Positions 40,477-49,405 of a DNA stretch of 64,000 bases are shown here, piece by piece (within the stretch, counting starts at the first letter, position 1; every line of letters begins with the position of its first letter). Location of the stretch: the NCBI GenBank assembly GCA_963827685.1, contig CAWHBU010000001.1:224001-288000 (forward strand), read 5' to 3'. Both the position numbers and the translations under genes were made by a program. The notes beneath the pieces were generated by a model that had not been told where the DNA came from, searched no databases, and saw nothing but the letters and a program-made list of their open reading frames with translations. This DNA is from an uncultured delta proteobacterium. Its GTDB lineage: Bacteria; Desulfobacterota; BSN033; UBA1163.

Positions 40477-41382
40477 ATGGGGCACTCTCTCATGGTAGAA
40501 AAAATGGGAATGGAACCTTCCAAATATACAATTCTTGTCGTGGATGATAAAGAGTTATTAAGAAACCTAGTCGACACTTTTCTATCCAAACTGGGACATT
40601 CATGCGTCACAGCAATTGATGGAGTTGATGCTCTGGAGAAAATGAAGGGAAATAAAATCGATGCCGTAGTAACAGACATGAGAATGCCCAACATGGATGG
40701 AATTACTCTTACAAGTAAGATTTCAATACAATACCCTGGACTCCCGGTAATGATCATGACAGCGTTTGACGAAGGAGATACTGCAGGATTAGCAATTACT
40801 GTTGGGGCTCGAGAATTTATAAGAAAGCCATTCTCTCTAGATGAGTTTTCCGTTAGATTACATAAGATGATCAATGACTCGGAAGCTCAAAGGGGAATGA
40901 AGAAGGATAAAGACATAGATAAGTTTATCGAAGAATTTATGAATGAGTTAGAGCCTCCGAAGCAAATGAAGAGGGAAAAGGGTGTAGAGGATGGGTCGCG
41001 AGAACTTTTAGATGAGTTAGACCCCCGTCGTTATGCCCACAAAGAAATGAATAAAGACACCGATGCCTTTTTGCAACATTGTCGGCAGATCCATTTACTT
41101 GCCCTACGATTGGCAGAACACAACATCTCTATTTATAGCCATTCCTTCGATATGCTCGCATTTGGCAGCTGGGTTCTTGTCATGGGAACGCGCAAGGATC
41201 GTATTAGGGTTACTTGGGAGGGAAAGGACGGTATCCTTAAAACCGAAAGAGCTTCAATCCCAGATTCTGAGACTATAATCCGATGGCAAGAAATAACATC
41301 GGAAATAGAAAACACCTTGCCAAATGCTGAAAGCACATTCAAATCTATTGAAGAATTTGTTAAGAAAAACATCAAGGCATAA
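40477..41382 (+). CDS. Response regulator receiver fused in frame to an unrelated 111-aa ORF (41047-41382)
   Basis: ILVVDD, VTDMRMPNMDG, MIMTA, KPF; C-terminal part bracketed by GTTATGC/GCATAAC. Confidence 0.75.
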   Translation: MGHSLMVEKMGMEPSKYTILVVDDKELLRNLVDTFLSKLGHSCVTAIDGVDALEKMKGNKIDAVVTDMRMPNMDGITLTSKISIQYPGLPVMIMTAFDEGDTAGLAITVGAREFIRKPFSLDEFSVRLHKMINDSEAQRGMKKDKDIDKFIEEFMNELEPPKQMKREKGVEDGSRELLDELDPRRYAHKEMNKDTDAFLQHCRQIHLLALRLAEHNISIYSHSFDMLAFGSWVLVMGTRKDRIRVTWEGKDGILKTERASIPDSETIIRWQEITSEIENTLPNAESTFKSIEEFVKKNIKA

Positions 41383-41383
41383 C
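41030..41383 (+). mobile_element. Integron-like gene cassette remnant
   Basis: GTTATGC (41030-36) 11 nt before ATG 41047; its exact complement GCATAAC (41377-83) overlaps the stop codon. Confidence 0.55.
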
Positions 41384-41389
41384 AAGGGA

Positions 41390-41462
41390 AAGGCTGGGGG
41401 GCCAGGTCTTGCAATCACACATTTCATAAAACAAGAGAGGTCATCCATAAAAAAATTGGCCC
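41390..41462 (+). repeat. Array junction repeat, copy J5 (full)
   Basis: AAGGCTGGGGGGCCAGGTCTTGCAATCACACATTTCATAAAACAAGAGAGGTCATCCATAAAAAAATTGGCC. Confidence 0.92.
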
Positions 41463-41531
41463 TGCAAACAAGAGATCGCAAAGAGCATGGCGCATAGAGC
41501 AGAGTGTCATTTGTAAAGAGAGTGAAAAAGT

Positions 41532-41777
41532 TCAGCCTGATAGGTTTTTTATTTTTATCCCTTTACCTTTCTTAAGGCTTTCCCTGGCGGATGCAACTCG
41601 CGCTAAGAACCTGGGATCGTGCTCTAACCTGTAGTCAAACCAGTCCTCTTCGGACCCGAAGCCAATTAAAACACCGGCCGGTTTTCCATGACGTGTGATG
41701 ATAATCTCTTCTTTTTCCGCCAAATCCAGGTATTCTGAAAGGCGGCCCTTAACCTCTGACAGTGCAATCCTTTTCAT
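41532..41777 (-). CDS. Phd/YefM family antitoxin
   Basis: LSEVK.RLSEYL..AE.EEIIITRHGKPAGVL. Confidence 0.9.
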   Translation of the reverse strand: MKRIALSEVKGRLSEYLDLAEKEEIIITRHGKPAGVLIGFGSEEDWFDYRLEHDPRFLARVASARESLKKGKGIKIKNLSG

Positions 41778-41990
41778 TTCTTCTCTCCCATTTCCTCCAG
41801 CCACTCAGTGGCTTTGGACTTCGGTATAATTGCCAAGACTTCTACCGTCGCTTCCACAACCATAAAAAACCCTGATTTCATCGACTCTCAATCGATACTG
41901 TGGTCGACTGATACCCTGTAACTTTTTTATCCGACTCTTGCTTATTTTTTGCGGCTCAAACCTTAGATGTTTTTCGATCGCCTCTATGAG
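41774..41990 (-). pseudogene. RelE/ParE toxin, 5'-truncated and frameshifted
   Basis: IEAIEKHLRFEP..ISKSRIKKL.G...PQYRLRVDEIRVFY / VVEATVEVLAII; cut off at junction J6. Confidence 0.8.
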
Positions 41991-41991
41991 T

Positions 41992-42020
41992 GGGTGGCAT
42001 CCATAAAAAAGTTGGCCCTG
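41992..42020 (+). repeat. Array junction repeat, copy J6 (3' half only)
   Basis: GGGTGGCATCCATAAAAAAGTTGGCCCTG. Confidence 0.85.
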
Positions 42021-42157
42021 CCCATTAAAGTGAAGATGGGGTATTCAATTGCGCCTGCCTGCCGGTAGGCAGGGAATGCGGATTGCCGAATGCGGAATTT
42101 AAAACTAAAAAGAGCATAGAGCGGAGCGTTTAGACCCCTTGCGCTTCACGCCTGGAT

Positions 42158-43192
42158 TTATTTCTCTCGCAGCCTTTTGGACACTTCTGCGGTCAACTCA
42201 CAAACCTTTTCAGCCAAAGGAATAGGAAGTGACGCAGCTCCACAACTGGGGGTGATGATGGTTTTTTGAAGAAGGATTGGGTCAATTCCTTTCTTTGAGA
42301 GAGTTTCAATTCCTTCTTTGAAACGTTTGATCAGACTTTGCACATCCTCTTTTAGAATAGCCTCACTCGTTGGGACGATGCCCCAGGCTAAGATGCCTCC
42401 TCTTTCTAAGAATGCTCTTAAGTCCTTTGGATAAAGAGAAAGTGTCTCCAGATATTCATATGCGTCGAAGCTGAGAATATCGAGATGCGTCGAGAGAAGC
42501 ACACTCCAGTCGGTATTTCCACAGCAGTGAGTTCCCTTTAATCCTTTCACAGCATCAAAACATTCATTTAATGAATGAACGACATCCTCCCGATTCAGGC
42601 CTGAGAAGGCAGAGCCAAATGAGGAGAGGGAGGGTTCGTCAAAAAAGAGTATCGTTGGGATCCCGGGAAAGAGGTCATTGAACTTCTTTTCCATCCATCG
42701 TGCTTTCAATGAAAGGTGTTTGACGAGGATGTCTCTTAAAGACGGGTCGTAAAAGATAGGTTTCTGCTCCTGATCGGCTAAGGCGAGACCAAACGTGACC
42801 GGCCCTGTGATCTGGCCCTTGATATATTTTATCTTCTTTCGGTGGTCTTTTGACGAGAGGGTTTTTAAGATCCGGAGCCCCCTTGCAAAATCCTCCGTGA
42901 TTTGAAAAGGGTCAAGATCGCCCTCCTCGAAACGTTGGTAAAATTTCTCGATTTCTTTCTCAAATCCCTGAGACGTCTCTATCCAAACCCTTTGTTCCTT
43001 TTCATTCCATCTTAAGGAAGGAAACCCTTCAGAATATTGAACGACCATACCTTCCAGAAAAGACCGCTTTGGCAGTTGGGGCCAGAATGGGATTTCGGGG
43101 AAGTTCTTGAAGATGAGTCCGAAGACCTCCTTCTCATCCTGATGAGGGAAGGACCCGATTCCTGTTGTGATGAAAGGGTATTGAAATTCCAT
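42158..43192 (-). CDS. Core (catalytic-domain-only) MetE-like methionine synthase, MesB-like
   Basis: TGIGSFPH, KGQITGPVT, FDEP, Zn-ligand pattern HCC...D...TPSCG. Confidence 0.8.
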   Translation of the reverse strand: MEFQYPFITTGIGSFPHQDEKEVFGLIFKNFPEIPFWPQLPKRSFLEGMVVQYSEGFPSLRWNEKEQRVWIETSQGFEKEIEKFYQRFEEGDLDPFQITEDFARGLRILKTLSSKDHRKKIKYIKGQITGPVTFGLALADQEQKPIFYDPSLRDILVKHLSLKARWMEKKFNDLFPGIPTILFFDEPSLSSFGSAFSGLNREDVVHSLNECFDAVKGLKGTHCCGNTDWSVLLSTHLDILSFDAYEYLETLSLYPKDLRAFLERGGILAWGIVPTSEAILKEDVQSLIKRFKEGIETLSKKGIDPILLQKTIITPSCGAASLPIPLAEKVCELTAEVSKRLREK

Positions 43193-43253
43193 AGCTTTTC
43201 ATAAAGGGATTTGACACAAAAAGTCAAGGAAATTTTGTCGAGCCCTGTTACTT

Positions 43254-43493
43254 CTCGGTCTCGGGTGCGGTTGGATCGGGGTGGTCTCCCCTCCGAAATC
43301 TCGCAAAGCGGATCATTGGAGAGAGGGGAATGGGCGGGCGGTGCTGAAGAGGCTGTTTTAAGGGTATTTACGCCTTGGCTCATCGCTCAAATGTGCCGCT
43401 TCCCGTGGTCGGGTCTTGTCGACAAGTTTTCTCCGGGGAGACCGCCCCGATCCTGGGCGTAGGATCTCCGCCCATCGCTGAGGGATTACCGAG
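43254..43493 (+). ncRNA. Unassigned highly structured element (~240 nt)
   Basis: 19-bp stem 43273-91/43435-53 and outer stems with several G-U pairs; CGAGCCCT direct repeat at both ends. Confidence 0.45.
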
Positions 43494-43526
43494 CCCTTGA
43501 TAAACAGTGGATTCCAAATGTGAAAC

Positions 43527-43555
43527 TTGACAATTTAAAATTCGACGGTTATTTA
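43527..43555 (+). promoter_or_regulatory. Sigma70-like promoter, probably the original groES promoter
   Basis: TTGACA-17 nt-TATTTA immediately left of the IS200. Confidence 0.55.
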
Positions 43556-43560
43556 TAAAA

Positions 43561-44095
43561 AATACCTGTTGAATACCGCCCAGCTCTGCTGGGCGGATGA
43601 AAACAGGTTCGCGAAGCGATAAGACATGGTATAAGTACTGCATGAGCTCGATAAAAAGAACAAGCCATGCGGTCTACGATTTGAAATATCATATGGTATG
43701 GGTTCCCAAATATCGGAAGATGATATTGGGAGGTGAGTTGGCAAAAAGGCTTAAGATGAGTTTTGAGCAAATATCGGAGAGGTACGAGTTTGAGATAGAT
43801 ACGATGGAGGTAAAGGATGATCATGTTCATTTATTTTTGTCTGCCCCTCCTCGGTATTGTCCGGCAGAGATTGTGCAGATCATAAAGAGTATCTCGGCGA
43901 AAATGGTGTTCAAGCAGTTTCCAGAGGTGAAGAAAGAGCTTTGGGGTGGAGAGTTTTGGAGTGATGGGTATTTTGTTCGGTCTGTTGGAGACAAAGTTAC
44001 CTCTGAAGTCATACGTCGCTATATAAAGTATCAGCAACAGGAGCAATTAAGTTTTGAATTTTAATGCCCCGCAGCTCTGCTGCGGGGTTCTTTAC
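43561..44095 (+). mobile_element. IS200/IS605-family insertion sequence (tnpA only)
   Basis: Subterminal hairpins CCGCCCAGC-TCT-GCTGGGCGG and CCCCGCAGC-TCT-GCTGCGGGG flank tnpA; exact ends approximate. Confidence 0.88.
43642..44064 (+). CDS. tnpA: IS200/IS605 Y1 transposase
   Basis: YH.VW.PKYR, DHVH (HUH), FWSDGYFV, YIKYQ. Confidence 0.95.
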   Translation: MSSIKRTSHAVYDLKYHMVWVPKYRKMILGGELAKRLKMSFEQISERYEFEIDTMEVKDDHVHLFLSAPPRYCPAEIVQIIKSISAKMVFKQFPEVKKELWGGEFWSDGYFVRSVGDKVTSEVIRRYIKYQQQEQLSFEF

Positions 44096-44131
44096 TTTGA
44101 ATAAATTTTAACAGAAGGGAGGTCTGTCTCT

Positions 44132-44419
44132 ATGAAGGTAAGGCCACTTCACGATCGGCTCATTGTTCAAAGATTGAAGGAGGAAGAGAAAACAAAAGGA
44201 GGAATCATCATCCCTGACACGGCCAAAGAAAAACCTATCGAGGGAAAAGTGATCGCCGTCGGGGCGGGAAGGATCAAGAAGGATGGGACCAAGATTCCTC
44301 TTGAGGTTAAGAAAGGCGATCGGGTCCTGTACGCAAAGTATGGAGGGACCGAGGTAAAGATCGATGGAGAAGAATATCTCATGATGAAAGAGGATGATAT
44401 CTTCGCCATCATTGAATGA
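44132..44419 (+). CDS. groES: Co-chaperonin GroES
   Basis: [25 protein letters not shown]. Confidence 0.97.
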   Translation: MKVRPLHDRLIVQRLKEEEKTKGGIIIPDTAKEKPIEGKVIAVGAGRIKKDGTKIPLEVKKGDRVLYAKYGGTEVKIDGEEYLMMKEDDIFAIIE

Positions 44420-46054
<1,635 letters not shown>

Positions 46055-46178
46055 CGAAGATTAATGAAAAAATATGGGGGCGGATTTCAAAACCGCTCCC
46101 ATATCGATTAAACAATTACCCTGAGACATGAGGGGGTTAAAACAATGGTGGCGCCGTTTATCCGAACGAAGGGCGACG

Positions 46179-46946
46179 CTACTCCCCTTTGAATACCGGT
46201 TCGCGCCTCTCCAGGAACGCCGTCATCCCTTCCCTCGCGTCATCGCTCTGGGTGAGCTTCTTTGACCATTCCCTGTCAACGCGGAGCCCCTCTTCAAGGC
46301 CCTTTTCGAGGCCCACGCTCATCCCATTCAGCACGGCTTTCACGGCAACGGGCGGCCGCTTGGCCAGCGCCAGCGCAAAGGTCATGGCTTCCTTCATTAA
46401 GTCGGCCGCGGGAACGACCCGGTCCGCAAGGCCGACGGCCAGCGCCTCCTGCCCCGAAAGCCTTTTGCTGAAAAGAATCATGTCCAGCGCCTTCGACTTG
46501 CCCAGCAGGCGCGGCAAGCGCTGTACGCCGCCCCAGCCTGGGGTGATGCCGAGATTCAATTCCGGGCATCCGATGACAGCCTTGGGATTGTCCGTCATAA
46601 AACGGAAATGACATACCAGCGCGAGCTCGCATCCGCCGCCAAGCGCGTATCCGTTGATGGCGGCGATCACCGGCTTGGAGAAACGTTCGATGTGGTTGAA
46701 TATGTCGTTGCCGTTGGGCCCTTTCTCGAGGTTCGCTATGTCCGTCACGTCCATTCCGGCACTGAAGCCCTTGTCGCCAGCGCCGGTGATGATAACGACC
46801 CTGGTATCCTTGCTCTGTTCCAGCTCAATGACAGCGCGGTTCAAGTCTTCGCGTATGCCGAGGTTTACTGAGTTGGCGGGGGGACGGTTGAGTGTAATAG
46901 TGCTCACAAAATCCTTCGTCGTTACGATGATGTTATTATAGCTCAT
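46179..46946 (-). CDS. Enoyl-CoA hydratase/isomerase
   Basis: FSAGMD, AAINGYALGGGCEL, PE..LGI.PGWGG; GGAGG RBS before 46946. Confidence 0.93.
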   Translation of the reverse strand: MSYNNIIVTTKDFVSTITLNRPPANSVNLGIREDLNRAVIELEQSKDTRVVIITGAGDKGFSAGMDVTDIANLEKGPNGNDIFNHIERFSKPVIAAINGYALGGGCELALVCHFRFMTDNPKAVIGCPELNLGITPGWGGVQRLPRLLGKSKALDMILFSKRLSGQEALAVGLADRVVPAADLMKEAMTFALALAKRPPVAVKAVLNGMSVGLEKGLEEGLRVDREWSKKLTQSDDAREGMTAFLERREPVFKGE

Positions 46947-47372
46947 AGATGACCTCCAATCTGTTTTGGTTGGGAAGAATATACGAGAACTGGAGTTAAC
47001 TGTCAAGCATATCAGACCACAAAATTCCGCTTGACAACGTTTTTTTGTCCTGCTATCGTTCAAATCCGTAAGTTTCCCTGGCACATAAAAAATTCCAATC
47101 CGAACTTTACTCTTCTGGTGAATAAGATGAGAAGGTGTGGTCGTCAGAAGGTACCAATAGGATGCCTCCAGGGGAGATTGTTTTACTCCTTTGGAGGCTA
47201 TTGTATCTTAGTCGCCGATAAAGTTTAGCCGCTCAATAGGCTGAAACAGAAGGCTATGGGTTTAAATGATTTCTTTTCCTTCACGTTGGGAGTTTTAAGG
47301 GGATGATAGATTTTCCCTTTTTATTCGCCATCGGAGGATTGTACCATTTTGAGGATAAGGAGGAGGATGGAA

Positions 47373-49229
47373 ATGAACTGTAAAAAAAGATCTGCTCTTT
47401 GGTCCAGTGTCACTGTCTTGGTTCTTACCGTTGCAGTATTTATTGTAAACCCAGCTCAAACATGGGCATGCGACGATTACAACACGGTTGTCAAGACAGA
47501 TTATGGTAAGCTGAGAGGTTATGTGAATGAAGAAGCTCTTGTGTGGAAAGGTGTTCCCTATGCCAAGCCGCCAGTGGGTGAGCTACGGTGGAAGGCACCT
47601 CAGGATCCAAAGCCCTGGCACGGTGTTCGCGATGCGATTATACCGGCCGACAAGTGCACCCAACTCAATACACTCGAGGAATGGATTAACACCGGAGAAG
47701 TGGACCCGAACAGTAGTGAGGATTGCCTGTATGTCGATATATATCGTCCGAAGCGCTACACAAACCACGGGGAAAGACTGCCAGTCTATGTGTGGATTCA
47801 CGGAGGCTCCAACTACTTCGGGTCCGCCTGGCAATACGACGGCACGGCCCTGGCGACCCGATCGGATGTGGTCGTGGTGGTCGTCCAATACCGACTCGGT
47901 CCCATGGGGTGGTTCTATCATCCGGCGGTTCAGACCGGCGGTGCGGACAAGCATACCGATTCAGGAAACTTCGGAACGCTCGACCACGCCCAGGCCCTCA
48001 AGTGGGTTCGGGAAAACATCGACGCCTTCGGCGGCGACCCCCATAACATAACCATCACCGGCGAGTCCGCGGGTGCGCACAATGTGATGAACATGGTGGT
48101 GTCTCCTCTCGGCAAGGGCCTCTTCCGCCGGGCCATGTCCGAGAGCGGCGGGATGCGTACCGTGCCCCCCATAACGACCACGGACCCAAAAATCACGCCT
48201 GGGCTCACACAGGCAAATGACATCATTGAGAAGGTTATAAGATTAAAAGAGGGAAAAACCGCGGCAGAAGCAGCGGCGCGCCGCATAGACATGGAGAACG
48301 CTCATACCTTGGAAGCCTACCTGAGGTCGACAACTGCCGGGGACTTCTTCCTGGCTATGAATAAATATGGAACGTTGCCGACTTTCCCCGCGATCGAGGA
48401 CGGCAATGTCATCCCCACAGGAGGCTGGATTCCGGCAATCAAGGCGGGGAAACACAACAAGGTGCCGATCATTTTGGGGGCCAACGAATATGAGAGTAAG
48501 TCGTTTATGCCGCTCTTTGGGTCGTCCATCAAGCCTCTTGGGGTGCCTTCTGGCCCCTACACCTGGTTCGACCTGATCCATGTTCTGAGTAAAGATACAA
48601 CACCGCTCCTTACCGTGGACGACGTCCTGCCCACACAGCACGACAGAGACATCTACGAGCTAACGGGGTATTACGGCAGCAGGAACTGGAAGGCAAAGTA
48701 CGTGGACACGGTGGCCCATGAGCTCGCCAAGGTTCAGGACGACGTGTACGCATACCTCTTTAAGTGGGGTGGAGTCGGCTCAGGGCCGTCCCCATTTGAT
48801 TTCATCTACGGCGCGGGTCACGCCGCAGAGATCCCCTTCTTTTTCGGGAGTGACCAGGGCCTGTTCGGTTATCCGTTCGTCCCTGCGAACGAGGCCGGCC
48901 GAAAGCAGCTCCAATACGCCATGATGAAGTACCTTGCGAACTTCGCCTGGACTGGTAACCCGAACCACGACTTTTCATCTTACCCACGGTGGGAGAAATG
49001 GTCCCATTTCTTGTATCTCCCGAAGTGGAAGGAGTGGTCCAACACCCCGGGAGCGCCCAAGGCGATTGTCTTCGATGCCGATTTCCATCAGGCGCACATT
49101 GCGATGATGACCGAAGAACTGACCATAGAAGGAGTCACAGACGAGCTTGAAGCGGCGATGACGAGTAAGAAGCTGTCTCTCTATGAAGAGTTGGCAGCGC
49201 TCGCCTTCCAGTTCTCATCGCCCTGGTAG
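47373..49229 (+). CDS. Secreted type-B carboxylesterase
   Basis: Signal peptide, GVPYA.PP.G.LRW, SEDCLY, HGG, GESAG, H..E. Confidence 0.93.
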   Translation: MNCKKRSALWSSVTVLVLTVAVFIVNPAQTWACDDYNTVVKTDYGKLRGYVNEEALVWKGVPYAKPPVGELRWKAPQDPKPWHGVRDAIIPADKCTQLNTLEEWINTGEVDPNSSEDCLYVDIYRPKRYTNHGERLPVYVWIHGGSNYFGSAWQYDGTALATRSDVVVVVVQYRLGPMGWFYHPAVQTGGADKHTDSGNFGTLDHAQALKWVRENIDAFGGDPHNITITGESAGAHNVMNMVVSPLGKGLFRRAMSESGGMRTVPPITTTDPKITPGLTQANDIIEKVIRLKEGKTAAEAAARRIDMENAHTLEAYLRSTTAGDFFLAMNKYGTLPTFPAIEDGNVIPTGGWIPAIKAGKHNKVPIILGANEYESKSFMPLFGSSIKPLGVPSGPYTWFDLIHVLSKDTTPLLTVDDVLPTQHDRDIYELTGYYGSRNWKAKYVDTVAHELAKVQDDVYAYLFKWGGVGSGPSPFDFIYGAGHAAEIPFFFGSDQGLFGYPFVPANEAGRKQLQYAMMKYLANFAWTGNPNHDFSSYPRWEKWSHFLYLPKWKEWSNTPGAPKAIVFDADFHQAHIAMMTEELTIEGVTDELEAAMTSKKLSLYEELAALAFQFSSPW

Positions 49230-49266
49230 GTGATCGAGAGCATGAGACACCTGGTTGAACTCTCTG

Positions 49267-49297
49267 GAGGGCAGGGGAAAAATCCCCTGCCCTCTTT
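49267..49297 (+). terminator. Intrinsic terminator
   Basis: GAGGGCAGGGG-AAAAAT-CCCCTGCCCTC-TTT. Confidence 0.7.
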
Positions 49298-49405
49298 CAT
49301 TCCGCTAACTTGGTTTTGCGATGTGGGTGAAAGAGTTGGCCAACACCTCATTTGGCAATGTCAGTCAGAGCAAAGCTCAATTTTCACAGAGCTTCACATT
49401 TGACA

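Noticed and set aside
38041-41462. Junction repeats as canonical attC sites
   Set aside because: The 5' ends read GGYCAGG rather than RYYYAAC and only weak end-to-end pairing is visible; kept as attI-like/unknown instead.
36569-42020. CRISPR array interpretation of the recurring repeat
   Set aside because: Spacers are 0.4-1.9 kb and contain genes, repeat length is irregular, and no cas genes are present.
43470-43505. SAM-I riboswitch upstream of the methionine synthase (minus-strand TTATCAAG)
   Set aside because: The following GAGGGA/GCAACC/GTGC core is absent, and the G-U pattern favours the + strand.
43500-44131. CIRCE/HrcA operator before groES
   Set aside because: No TTAGCACTC-N9-GAGTGCTAA found.
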